Positions 25,601 to 39,600 of a stretch of 64,000 nt of DNA are shown piece after piece. Where the stretch lies: positions 6,989,251 through 7,053,250 of the forward strand of contig OZ316892.1 of the NCBI GenBank assembly GCA_973895155.1, given 5' to 3'. Position 1 is the stretch's first letter. Each line of letters starts with the position of its first letter. The translations under genes and the position numbers were made by a program. Source of the DNA: Marsupella aquatica. Taxonomy: Eukaryota > Plantae > Marchantiophyta. The notes beneath the pieces were generated by a model, which saw nothing but the letters and a program-made list of their open reading frames with translations, ran no database searches and was not told where the DNA came from.

Positions 25601-28600
25601 TCGATTGAGTTCCTGCACCAGCCCAACTCGTACACCCACACATTAAAGCTCATGATAAAGCAAGTTAAATTACTAAAGTCAGACAATAAGAGTTAAACTG
25701 CAAACCATTCATCCTGCTCACTGTAATTTCAAGTGCTACTTCAGAGAGGTCACCAGTGATGGGAGAGTAACCTGGAGAATCTGTAATAACTGGAACGCCA
25801 ACTGCCTGACTGCTTTCACAGATATTTTCTATCTGCATGGACACAATAGTTAGGTTAATTAATTTATTTTTAATTTTAAAAATATAAAATAAAAACTGCT
25901 TTAACAACCATTGATGACGCGATCATTAGGACAATTTTCGGTATATTAGACACTTTATTGGGGGAACTCGAGGCTGACTTTCGAAACATTGATGGAACTG
26001 TTAGTTTTGGTTAATCTCCCAGGGATTCTTACTTAATCTACTGGAGTAGTTAAAATAGAGCAATTTTTAATCTTTTTCAGTATCTTCCCTTTGTAGCAGA
26101 TGATCAAATAACACGAAGTGTTACGTAATGTCGGAACTCCGCAAGTTGGTAGTGTAGGGTCCATTGTTCTTGGTGGTCGGATGATTAGTAGTCTGTTCGT
26201 TGATAATGGACTGATTGTGGATTACTCTCAACGCGAATGAACAATAGAGAGCACTATCCCTTCCAAAAAAAATCTCGTTTTTCTCACTTCTGTTGTCGAT
26301 CTTCTTATTGTTCAGGTATAGATACTCTATACATACCTGCTTCCACACATCCTCATTCGGTGCATTCTTGTCAGCCAAAGTTACTGCCTGGGGTTTTTTC
26401 TTGCGTTGATCACCCAATATTTGCCAATACTTCCCTACATAAATTCAAAATATCCGATTACCAAAATCAGCGAAGGTTTGTGTTATGCCAGCAGGACAAT
26501 GACCATTCAGAGTCATATTGAAATACAAGCTCATGGAATCCCGTTCTAATCAGGTGCGCAAACCATTGCTCAGACAACTGGCATAGAAATACACTTGCCG
26601 GGCTCCAGAGCGACACAAAACCGGACACTGCTCTATAAGTCGACGTATGGATGATTACGCCTCTAACAGCAAGAATTGGAAAACAACTGTACCCTGAATA
26701 CAAAGAACTGGATGATTGCTTGAGCCCACCCTTGGTAAGATCTCCCATCAGATGGTGTTGATACCCAAACTCAGATACCTTCCGAATTTCTTCACAGAGA
26801 GCAGACTTTGCGCAGCCTGGAATTCCTGCATCTCAAATAAATTTCGTCTTAAGAAGACCTGTCTGAACAGAAGAAATTATTTGATGTAGTTCAAGAATGC
26901 CAAGCGCCAAGAAAAGCTTCCTAGACAGAGAACACCAAATCCAGGTACCTGGGAAAAAGACCAGCAGTCCCTTAGCCTTAACAGACGTAGCAGATTGCTG
27001 ATCAGTTGCTGAAGGAATCTTGATTGACTCATCTTCTACAGTGCTGGACTCCTCTTCATCATCACTTCGTTCCTCAGGAACAGCCAAGAACTGGTCAATG
27101 TTAAGAACAGATCCAGCTGCACCAATTAACCTTTGATTTTTGGGGCTCCGCAACGCATACTTCTCTAACCATGGTTCAGCGACTGTCAAGTAGCTGGTAT
27201 GTAGCTTCTGATCTCGTATATGTTTTCTAGCATAGACCGCCCTGTGACATGCAATCACACACAGGAGACCAAACGAGATCAGATTGTGGTCGACAGTCTC
27301 CATGTGTCTAGAAATTCCAATCTAAAAAGCGATAAAAGAGATATAATTGTCTCGCTGTAGTGATAAAAAAATATGAGACCATGTTGTAAGAGAACTTTAA
27401 AGACGATACGAACTATGTTCAAGATACAAGACTACTCTATGCCTGATAATCTTGTCCAGGAGTATTTCCCGAGTGGCTTCTACTGGTATCAGGCAGCCGC
27501 TAGGAGATCTATATCATAACCAGATCTTGATTTTTAACAAGAAGAAAGCTACCATTCATCAAGGAGCTGCACAAGTTCCTTTTGTTTTGAAGCAGACGTC
27601 CCCCAGTTCTTCATTTGCCTGCCAAGAGTAACAACGTTGGATGAGATTGAAGCTTGGAATAGATCAAGAACCAGAAGGGTACAAGTAAGTATGCTACAAA
27701 ACCAAGTCCTCTGTGTTTCAGAATAGAACCAAGAACTTCAACTGTAACCATGAACCTATCAGAATTTGGACTGCAGCCTTTTAGTTTATGGAAAAGCAGA
27801 AAACATGGTTACCTGCACCCCAAGTCTCTGAAACTGGCAAAACTTGATTCTAAGCAATTTACAACTCTGACATCAGACTGAAGTCTCATCGTAGATAGTA
27901 AAATTTTGTACGGATGGTTCTAGAACTGGAATTGTTTTAATTCAACTTAGTGAACCTGGACTACGAGCTATTACCATAAAAGTCTAATCGACCTTGGAAG
28001 GACAGATTTACCTCATGTAATAACTTTTGTACTCTACAACTCCCTTGTTCAGAAGACAAGCTAAGCCGTTGCGAATCAGAAATGTACGGATCTGGAACAG
28101 AGAATTGTAAAATTGCTAGCAGTAAAACTTCTGTTCAAAATTCTATTAAATAAGGCAACTAGAATTGAAACAGACGCCATTCATATCTGAGATGAAGTAC
28201 TCAGGTGAGAGACCATTGGCAACAACATCTTAGGTGAAATGTGAATGAATGAACAAGGTAACTGATCCAACCTCCTGAACCTCCAAAAAGAAATGAACAT
28301 TGACCTCTAGATGAACATGATCTCAAGCAGACGGTGCACGCTTCACCTAAAATCCAGTTGGAGAAACGACATTGTTAAGTCACATAGGCAGCGTCTTCAC
28401 AAACCTTGTAGGGAAGAAATTTCAGTTTTATCATCAGGTTCTCTGTATCGTTAAAGGTATCAGCTGGCAGTTTTTGGTCGTTTAAAGTCAGCTGTTCCGC
28501 CAGCTTTTCTTCCAATCCATCACCAGTAGGAGCAGAAAGGATGTCCTTCGAGTGGAACAAATCGACATCCACGAAAAATCCTGGATCATGACGGCCAACC

Positions 28601-31600
28601 ATAATGCATGTAAAACTCCGTCAGCTCCTTTGAGCAACAGTTCAGCTAATTGCCAGTAAAAATTTCACGATCCCACATCCATTACAGGAGACATTGGTCT
28701 GACAACTACAACGCATACTGACGCTAGATCAGGATGTTGTCACGCTTACCTCTATATAATGGCCACAAACCAGGTTGTCTCCTGTCATGACGAACAGTAC
28801 GTAGCTCTTAGTATGCAGGAGAACGATGCATTGAATAAAATAGAAAGAATAGAATGATAGAAGTGGGTCAGAGGCAGAGGCTCAAAGTCAGGATCATTGG
28901 TGCTGAACTCATAGTACCTCATCTCAGTTTGATATCTTTGAAACGCAAAATCAGATAGCACATGAATTGTCATTCTAAATGATGATAAGTCCTTATCATC
29001 CATGACACCTTGTTGGCGATGTGAATTTGTCCAGCACTTGAAGCGAACAGGCAACTTCTTTGAACGTATGGCATTACAGAGTTCCTGCACAGACGAGAAT
29101 TGAGCTTGTCCAGAATTATGAAGACTCTTAAAGCAAAGGAAAAATTCAAGAAAAAAGTAATGCAGTTTCGGCATTCTGTTGCCTCCCAATTGTCCACTTT
29201 GGAACGTCGCGCCATGCTAGATCCTAGCTTAAATATTTTCCTTATATGTGATGAGGTGATGTCACGCAGAGAAGGGACACGAGAATAGAATCATTTTGTT
29301 CCACTGTACAACAACTTCAAGCTATGAAAAAGAAATTTGAAAGGAGGTAGTAGGAAAGACGGTGAAGCCTTACTTGTAACTTTAGTGTTTGCTTATCAGC
29401 AGGAGAGGCCTGCAGGAAGCTCGCTACCAACTGTGCTTCTGCGACAGGAGTTTTCTCCTCCAACCAGTCCGAAACATTGGAGCACATGTCGGACCCGATG
29501 GACTGAAGAAGAGCTTTGATTTGCTACAAAAAAAGAAGCCAACAAAACGATTCAGTATTTCGCTACGTTTGTGGCACCGACTCCAAAAGTGAAATCAAGA
29601 GAAAGTTCCCACAGACCAGAAAACAATAGAAGAGATAGATCTGTATAATTAACCTGGTGATTCTCAATCGCAAATCAAGAACGATTAAGAAAACCATTTG
29701 TGTTATATTTTTTAATGAAGGAATTCAATCCTAAATTATAACATTGGGTCTTTGAATATTCTAGACTCGGACGTAATGTTCACCATTGAAATGACCATCC
29801 CAATTTTGTCTGCTTGTTCCTTTCAAACACGGAATGGAATAATTTATGGGATAAACAAACCTTCGTTTCACTCTCCCTATTAGCAGCGCAAATTTCTCGA
29901 AGCGATAGACCGAGGTTGGTTGATCCTGAGGATTACAAACATTATCAGTCAGAATATCACCTGTATTTAAGCGATATTGTACGAGGCAGACGGATTGCTA
30001 ATGACAGTGATTAGTACCGTCTGGTTTCTCGGGAACACGATGCTGAAGTAGAGTCGATTCCATATGGGTAATGCTTGTGGGATTCACCACACGTGCCACG
30101 AGGCCTTCGAGAATCTCTCCTTGGAGTTCTGTATGGCTCCTGGTCCCTGTGAAGACATCACTCAAACCGTCAAGTACCGGTAATCGTTTCATTTACACTA
30201 TATATTTGGGCGGAACATCATTATGCAAGTGGTTCTCCGCTTATAGGAATTGTACACTGACTAAATGCATTTTGAACCAAGGGAATTATCATGAGCAGAT
30301 CCCAACCAATTCCAGTATGACAGATGAGCTCACACATCCAAAGAAGCGGAGAGAAGGTTTACAAAATTAACCACCTGGCACTGCCAAATCAGCTAGTTCA
30401 TCCAAAGCTTTTGTGACACTGCTTGCGATTCCCTCCTCACAAAGGGCATCATACGCTGAGAAGAACGCTGTCACCGACTTTCTAATTTCAGCGGCAACAT
30501 TAACCATCAGCGGCAGAGAATGCACCTCAAGCCCAGTACAAAAGAACTTACGCACGGACACAACACGAGTGTAATTGTAATTAACACAAACAATGCAAAA
30601 ACTAAAGTCTAAATTCTCACTTCTTCGAAAATAACCAAAGTTGATTTGTTGGCAGCCGCCACTTGTGGCAGAAGGCAACCACATCCGCTGTTGAAGAAAA
30701 ACGTGGTCGCCCTTTAAGTTCAGTCACAGCAGTTACAACCACTGCTCAAAGCAACCCACACAAGTTCAATTTCGAATAAGCACAGATATTGATTATACTT
30801 GTCATGGGCTCTTAGGTTGAGAAGGTACTACTTGCGAAAGAATTTCTACTGCCAATTTTCAGAGATCATGCTTGTCATCTACCATGAATGGATAAGAATT
30901 GTCTATCTGAACTATCATAAATATTCTAGCCAAGTTTTATGAGCCAGTAAACGACACCATAGATGTCCAATAAAATCCTCAGGCCGTAAGTCTCAGCGTC
31001 TGCTGAACCAAACTGAACACCAATCCTAGACGAATCAGAACTAAGAACAGACAGATATATATATGCTGAATTGAGGCAGTAACGAACCAAAATCTTGGAG
31101 AGGCCGCTGTCCGTGATCCCCTAAAACCGCAGTAACTAGCTCCATTGCAATGGATAAATGATTTTCCTACATTGACACAATATCCAAGGTTAGAGGCCTC
31201 CAACTTGACATGCAATGCTGCGATTCAGACCATCCGGAATTGAAGAACCAGACCCCCACAGTAAGACGACACAGTGAAGACCCATGGCTCGGAAAGGTCG
31301 ACATCTTGTTACCATTGTGGAGTTCTTGTTACCATTGTCAAAAGGAGAGAAACAGCAGGAACTCCTCTTCAGCATTATGACAGTCACGTATCTATGTTAG
31401 ATATCCTGAACTTGAACAGCTGGATCTTTTGGTGCTCATGGGAAGCCCGTGCAGAATTTCCTGCTTTAAGCCAGCAGCTACATTCTTGCTTTACCTCAAG
31501 ATAAGCGTTGAATTCCCGTTGCTTTTCAGGTGCTTTTGCACCCCATGCTTCTTTGAGTAGTCGCCCCAGCACAAAGACACCCACAGCTGTATACCTGAAG

Positions 31601-32610
31601 AACGCATGACAAAAACATCACTAATTTGAGCCCTTCAAGCCAGATTTAATGTAGCCACCAGTTGCCAAACTACAATTACTACAATCTTCAAAGTCAGTCA
31701 TGTATTTGAAAGAGCCAGGTACCGACGTTGAAATAAATAGGCATGAGAACTTACAGATTTCCGTAACTGTTCTTTGCAAAAGCTCCACCAGTACCATCTC
31801 CAGAATACAAGAAGAGGGATCCCGAATGTTTCAACGAAACCTGCAAGGAGAGATGAAATTGATGCAGTCCATTTACTCCACCGGTAAAATATAAAGGAAG
31901 AGCTGTTGTTCCTCCCTAGGCATATCCACATTACTTTCAATTAAGGACCTATTAGCTAGGCGTATGTGCAAGAGGAGACTGCTGCATAGAGATCAATGAA
32001 CTTTACGAATTCATTGTAAGATCAATGGGTTTCAAGAAGTTTAGTGGAGCCAGTATCCCTTCACAGTTTTCTTACCACGAACTGACATGTGTCCCTGCAG
32101 GCCATTTACGCACTGGCATATTGATCCATAAATTCTGAGGGAGTGCAGTTCAAAACTTGACATAGATCTGCCTAGTTGTAAAAGCAATGTAAAAGATTAT
32201 TCAGAAATTTACCTCTAGAACACCCGCCCCAGCTGAAACTATTTGAATCATCTTCGTCCTAACCTGGTGCAAGGAACACATCACGAAATCGAAAATTGTC
32301 AGCTGAAGAAAACTTTCTTTGTATCAGACTGGTTTTAAACGTTTCCATTCAGCGCATGCGTCACCAATACCTCACCTCTTGGTCCGACTTTTCGTTCTCA
32401 AACTTTGGGTAAAAGGTAGCTTTCACTTGTGCTTGAGCAAATAACTTCCTCTTAACTGTCTTATTTTCCGCCACCTGCAAAAGGACATCAAAGTGATACT
32501 CAGGAAATTCCCCATGCCGACAAACTATCAGAAACTTCACCATTTCGTTGCAAGGTCTCCTCACTATCTTCAACAGCCTCTTCTCTTTTTCGTCTCTTCC
32601 GGGACAGCAT
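22639..32610 (-). CDS. RNL: Plant tRNA ligase (ligase-kinase-cyclic phosphodiesterase), multi-exon
   Basis: GT-AG exons encode AQVKATFYPKFENEKSDQE, VSLKHSGSLF (adenylylation lysine, about 31843), MELVTAVLGDHGQRP, KWRLPTN, QGEILEGLVAR, GLWPLYRGFFVD, LKFLPYK, FFPGIPGCAKS (P-loop), and HVTLAH / WPHVT (2H phosphodiesterase), ending at TGA 22639. The proposed first exon 32610-32536 (MLSRKRRKREE...) joins 32474 in frame; the start is inferred. Confidence 0.93.
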
Positions 32611-32648
32611 CCCGACCTAAATCTTCCGGGACAGCACCCCGACCTAAA
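32594..32648. repeat. 27-bp tandem duplication spanning the putative RNL start codon
   Basis: TCTTCCGGGACAGCA(T/C)CCCGACCTAAA occurs twice. On the minus strand the upstream copy reads GTG where the downstream copy reads ATG. Confidence 0.85.
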
Positions 32649-32813
32649 CCTGTCAACTTGGCCCCTTGATAATCTTTATCGCGCTTCATATAACTCTTAC
32701 ATCCAGCATATGAAAGTGATCACCATTAGTTCTTGTCGTTCGGGTGTAAAAAATCCTTACGTGTGATAGTTGCGAAGCAAAGATGCTTTTAAGTTTGACA
32801 AGATAGTACTAAC

Positions 32814-32904
32814 CAGCATCTGATCTTCTGTCAGATATTTGGCGAGGCCACTCACAACCTGGCTTGCACTTCCTTCTCCTATATCAATATCTTCGACGTA
32901 CAAT
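32814..32904 (-). pseudogene. Isolated exon of an EMAPII/Arc1p/Trbp111-type tRNA-binding OB domain
   Basis: 91-nt exon with TTGCAG acceptor and GTTAGT donor, reading LYVEDIDIGEGSASQVVSGLAKYLTEDQML. This matches the LYVEEIDvGE...qVVSGL signature of the domain. Confidence 0.75.
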
Positions 32905-33528
32905 CTGCAATGATGCAGTACTTCGGTCAGAAATCGAGACCGTAGTCGCCACTATGAACAGTTTTGGGCAGATATTCTCGTACTTTTTCCCAAAAAACTT
33001 ATTCATACAAAATGAGAACTGGGTAGTCAATCTTTGCTGAAGGTAGATGGAACTTCATTTCTCTCCAGGGAGTCAAGCAAACAGATCAGACCCTTCCACT
33101 TAAAACACAACTTCTATCTTAATGTGTGTGCATATAAAAACATGACTTCTGAAAGTGTTGCATCTATCACGGCGATCAAGACGACGCATAAACGGAATGG
33201 CTATAAGACAAGATATATTGCTGCCAGAAGTTACATGCACTATGGTGACGAATAAGATTTTGTTAAGTTGAGGAAGGGCATCGGGGAAGGAAGCACAAAA
33301 AATGGATTTTGTTCAGAAAATTTGGTTCTTAGATTGGGGGCCAAATACTCCCTTCTGATACGAAAGTTCACGAAGTTACAAATTCGTTTTTTTGTGGCAG
33401 AGTCATCCTTTCAGGTTCTCGGATGAGGATTACTTTACGGGCCCGCAAAAGTTTGGCCAGCCATGACTCATTAATATCAATTTTGATCTGAAGCAAGATC
33501 ACTTCGTACTCCTGGAAAGTCTTCCTGA

Positions 33529-33615
33529 GATTCAGGCATGGTAATGCCTGAACAAATGGTTGTGATTGAACTAAGGCCCATGCAAGTCCGAACATTTCTC
33601 TTGACTATAGCATAG
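33529..33615 (+). pseudogene. Possible alpha-mannosidase (GH38) C-terminal fragment
   Basis: Reads ...VVIELRPMQVRTFLLTIA*, resembling the terminal L.PMEIRTF motif of GH38 enzymes. It is short and has an in-frame stop upstream. Confidence 0.3.
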
Positions 33616-34240
33616 CAAGCTGCTGTAGCTTCCTTGATGATTCAAGTGCCAGCTGGCTTCAACATCCAATTGAGCATTACCTAGGCTATCTACCTCGAAC
33701 AATTTTCCAAGCACCTCAATACCTTACAATATCTGTTGAATGTACATCGACCAGCTGCAATTCCAAGTGACTTCAATATTACTCTCCACTCAACTTGGGC
33801 TACCAACCCAGATCTCCCCGTAGCTTTCCCATTCAATTTGTAGCCTTTCACACTCGAGTGATGGTCTCAGGTACCACCGTGTTATAACTTCCCAGAATTG
33901 ATTTAGGTTACATCGTTAATGGATTTTAGATTGCCCTAGTTAGTTCCAATGCCTGAGGACGTGGGGGGAATGTGAAGAGATCTGGCATAGGCGGCATATG
34001 CAAACCAAACAGCCACCGGAATTTTTTTGGCAGCCTCTAGCAAGACTGAGATAAACTATTCTAAGTACCTACTTCTAATTCAGTGGGAAAGTATTGACCC
34101 CTAACTACTCATTACTTCAAAAGTCTGTCTCCTCTAGCACTCACGAACAATAATCCGACGTGAATCACTAGTCGGAATAATGCAGACTCGAAAAAGTTCA
34201 CATACTCGGCATTGCTTACAATAGCCTTGTAATTTCCATT

Positions 34241-34470
34241 TTATGAGAGCTTGCCACGATGAATCAAATTCAACGGAGTGTCTTCATTCCAACCCGGAAA
34301 TGCACTTTCTGGGTCCTTAAAAGAACGGATGAGGAAGTCTGAAGTAGTGTAGCAGAGAAACCACAGTAGTAAAAGGGCGAGAACATTGAAAAGAACCCGG
34401 TCCCACCAGTCCAGCATATAAAGTCCAAACGTCACATTGTACACGTAGAATTTAGAATTCACCCAAGCCG
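34241..34470 (-). CDS. Serine palmitoyltransferase small subunit (ssSPT)-like exon lacking its own ATG
   Basis: AWVNSKFYVYNVTFGLYMLDWWDRVLFN matches the plant ssSPT signature Y.YNVTFGLYMLDWWE...FN and is followed by a hydrophobic helix. It begins at an AG acceptor (34471). Confidence 0.8.
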
Positions 34471-34565
34471 CTGTTCACAAAATACTAATGTCACAGATTA
34501 GTAATGTCAACAGTCCTGAGGGCGGAATCCAAATAGAACAAACTCCGAATGGTGAGAGTACCAAC

Positions 34566-35230
<665 letters not shown>

Positions 35231-35497
35231 CTTGTTCCAACCTCCTCAATCCGACCTCTTTTCTTTCCTTCTATCCGCTATTCTACTTTCCTTCCTTTCC
35301 GATTCCTCCCTCCTCGAGCGATGGATGGACAACAGATAGCTGCGCTGATGCAGAATCCCCAGTCGACAGACTCAGCACTACAGAGTGCTCCTTTCGTCCT
35401 ACACCGTGATCCCCACAGCAATGCGACCCAAATCAGTCCATCTCCAGGAACGTTTCTCCTTGGTAAAACAACACTCAAACTGCATCTTATTACCCAG

Positions 35498-35697
35498 GCA
35501 TCTTATTAATAAAGCGCAGCTTACTGCATCTTATTAATAAAGCGCAGCTTACTTTTCACAAGCTAGGGTCTAGAGTGAAGCCTCTAGATTAACTAGTCTA
35601 CTTTTCACAAGTGGGGGTCTAAAGTGAAGTCTCTAGACCGTAACTCTCTGGTCATGGGGTCTAGAGTGAAGTCTCTAGACCGTAACTCTCTGGTCAT
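35498..35697. repeat. Short tandem duplications upstream of centrin
   Basis: GCATCTTATTAATAAAGCGCAGCTTACT occurs twice. GGGTCTA(G/A)AGTGAAG(C/T)CTCTAGA occurs three times. Confidence 0.8.
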
Positions 35698-36637
35698 CAT
35701 ATACATGGGACAAACTTATAACATGACTATGATATATATACATGTCAGTTTTATGTGATAATTTTTAAATATTTATATTAAAAAAATATAGGTAGTATGG
35801 CCCCACCATAACATATGTGCATTGAACATGGATATGCATACAAAAAGCCTGTGCACATCAAGGAGAACGATATATTATATATGACTATTAAAATGATGGG
35901 TTTTTTTTATCATTTCATTAATCTTCAAAGAATATGAATTGAACATATATTTTGATAATTCTTTATTGTCCTCTCTGCTATTCACGTTCAAAGAACAGGT
36001 AATTGGGGCTAGTTGTGTTCAAAAATGGATTTTTTTAGGTCTCCATCAGAAAAGTATTTTTTCTTAACACAACATCATTTTAACACAGCACGCGTGTTGA
36101 GCATAGACGACATTCATAACGGCAAGCCCATGAACCATCCAACGCACAATAGTCGACACAGAGATATACGTGATTCACCTCCACATGAGGCTACGTCCAC
36201 GGGAACACACAAGAGCTTTACTGCACTCTAGGCCGACCGGCCATACCAAGCATCCACAGCACAAGCTCTCCCTATCTCTCAACTAGCTCCGTAACAATGA
36301 GCCTAAGTTCCACCAGGGTCTGGCATCAGCCCTGGCTATATACACAACAACACTACCGCTAACATTAGCTAAGTCCTAACCCGAGTTAGACTAACTGTGG
36401 TTAGCTCATGAGTCACAAGACTAGAGCAATATCTAACAAACTCCCCCTTGACTCTTGTCTTGGGGACTGGACTAAATGCTACCATATGGATCCTCGGCGG
36501 GAAGTTCTAGACAATCACCAAACCAGGTCTCCCTCTAAAAACCACACGGGTTAACTAAGGGTTAACTAGAACTAGCCATACAGGAATGAGTAATCCATAT
36601 ACAAATAGTCACACATTACTAAATAACTATACTTGCA

Positions 36638-39600
36638 CTACAACTGCAAAACCTGCAAAGTAGCACGGTGTCTTGAGAAACTTTCCAAAGGAATCACTTT
36701 GGTAAAGGCATCAACGGGATTGAGCTTTCCATCAATCTTGACTAGCTCAAAAGTTTTATCAGACACTGCTTGCCTGATAAAATGGTACCTGATATCAATG
36801 TGCTTCACCCTGCTATCCATCACCTGGTTAGCAGCCAAGTGAAGAGCACTCTGACTATCACAGTTTAGAGTCATTTTGCCATGCTCTAAACCCATCTCCG
36901 TGATCAACTTATCTAACCAAATTGCTTCCTTTGCTGCTTCTGCTGCTGCAACATACTCTGCTTCTATAGTAGACTGAGATATGCACTTCTGCAAGGTAGA
37001 TTTCCAACTGATACATCCTCCTCCAAGAGTGTATACAAACCCAATTGTAGACCTCCTTGTATCCAGACAGCCTCCATAGTCAGAATCTACATAGCCAACT
37101 AACGTTCTATCTGATCTGTTATCAAATAGTAATCCATAGTCCTCTGTTCCCTTTAGATACCTGATATTCCACTCCACAACTTCCCAATGTACCTTCCCTG
37201 GATTTGACATGAATCTGCTAACCTTGCCCATCGCTAGGGCCAAGTCAGGCCTAGTACAAGTCATCAAATACATCAGACTGCCTACTGCCTTCTCATAAGG
37301 AATCTTAGCCATCAGACCTTTCTCCACAGCATCCGTAGGAGAGAAAGCCGATGATAACTTGAAATGTGAAGCTAAAGGAATACTCACTGGCTTACAGTTC
37401 TCCATGTTGAATCGTGCAAGTACTTTCCTCGCATACTGGCCTTGACTCAAGCACAACTGTCCAGTCTCAGAGTTCCTAAAAATCTCCATCTCTAAGATCC
37501 TCTTGGCCTTACCAAGATCCTTTATCCTGAATTCAACACTCAATTTCGCCTTGAGACTGTCAACCTCAGATTGATCTTTAGCGACAATTAGCATGTCATC
37601 CACATAGATCACTAGAATGATGAAACCAAATACATCATTCTTGACTGATTTCGTATACACACAAGGATCATACACCATCCTTGTAAAACTTTGAGCAAGC
37701 ATGAAATCATCAAACCACTTGTTCCACTGTTTGGGAGACTGCTTCAATCCATACAAGGACTTGAGCAATCTGCAAACTAAGTTCTCTTGTCCCTTCTTCA
37801 TAAAGCCTAGTGGCTGTCTCATGAAAATCAACTCTTCCAAGTTTCCATAGAGAAAAGCAGTAACAACATCCATCTGATCCATGACCAGACCAAAAAACAC
37901 AACAAGCTGACACAAGATCCGTATTGTGGAATACTTAGCCATTGGTGAAAAGACCTCATTGTAATCCACTCCTTTCTCCTGAGTGAACCCCTTGGCAACA
38001 AGCCTTGCCTTGTAGATCTTATCTCCACCCTCTGAAGGACTGTCCTTCAGCTTGTAAATCCACTTGCTGTCCACCACTTGCTGACCTCTTGGAAGCTCCA
38101 CCAGCTCCCACGTCTTGTTGTCACTCAAAGATTGCAACTCCCTCTGCATTGCTGCATTCCACTCATGCTTTTGCTCTGAAGCACAAGCCTTACTGTACGA
38201 AGAAGGCTCTCCTTCTTCCAAGATCAAAGCCATGTCATCTTCATCAGGTGCAATGTCAATATCATCTAGCTTAGATGAGTCTGCCCATTGACCATACCTG
38301 GTAGGAGCTCTAGTAGAACGACTAGAAGTTCTTCTAGTAGATGACTCAGGTTGATCTGCTGCTGCTGCTGGTTGAATTTGAGGTACCCCAGCAACAATCT
38401 GCTCCTCTTGTTCCATCACAGGAACCAGCTCCAAGCCCGGAGCTTCTCCATCTCTCCTGTCATGAACAACATCATGACTAATCTCCCCCTCAACCCCGTC
38501 CAGGATGAGAGATTTCCCCTTGTCAGCATGGGAGTCCTGAGAACTCTCCCCCTCTTTTGATGATCTGGACTCATTAAATGACACATCTCTACTGACAATG
38601 AGCTTACAGGTTACTGGATCCCATAACCTATAACCCTTCACACCTTTCTGATATCCAAGGAAAATGCACTTCTTCGACTTGGACTCCAGCTTGGATCGAA
38701 GCTGAGAAGGTGTAAGCACATAAGCATCACATCCAAAAATCCTCAGATGTGAGTAATCTGCTGGACGCCCGTACCTCATTTCAAATGGCGTCTTGAATCC
38801 AATAGAACTGGATGGAGAAAAATTTACCAAATAAGCTGCAGTGTTGACAGCTTCAGCCCAAAACTCATGTGGTAAGCATGATTGACTCAACATACTCCTC
38901 GAGCGGTCCAATAGTGTTCGGTTGAGTCTCTCAGAAACACCATTCTTCTGAGGAGTATAACTTGTTGTGAGATGGCGGGTAATTCCTTGCTCCTTACAAT
39001 ATGTTCCAAATTCCCTGGAACTGTATTTACCGCCGTTATCCGATCAAAGATATCTCACCTTATTACTAGTCTGATTCTCAACTTGGGCTTTCCACTCCTT
39101 AAAAGTGGCAAAAACATCAGACTTATTGTGTAGAAAGTATATCCACACATACCTTGAGTAATCGTCTATGAATGTGACATAGTATAACCGTCCAGAATGT
39201 GAGGGAGTAGGGGCTGGACCCCACACATCACTATGTACATACTCAAGTACCTCCTTGCTGGTGTGAGTTCCAACTCCGAAGGGTTTTCTGTGCTGCTTTC
39301 CTAGCACACAGTGCTCACAAAATTCCAACTTACAAGATTGCAAATTAGAAAGTAATCTTTTTTTCTGAAGAATAACCAAACCTTTCTCACTCATGTGGCC
39401 CAAACGGAAGTGCCACAGTCGGGCCGTCTCCTCATGAGATAAGATTACATTGGCTTCATCACAAACTACACTGCCCTCCAAAACGTATAGATTGTTATGT
39501 CTCCTTCCCTTCAATACAACTTTAGTACCAGTTGAAACCTAAAGGACACCATTAGCAGAACTCCACTGATGGCCATTTGCTTCTAAAACTCCAAGTGAAA

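Noticed and set aside
33368-33595. 75-aa minus-strand ORF as a possible upstream RNL exon
   Set aside because: No similarity to RNL N-termini and no convincing splice sites.
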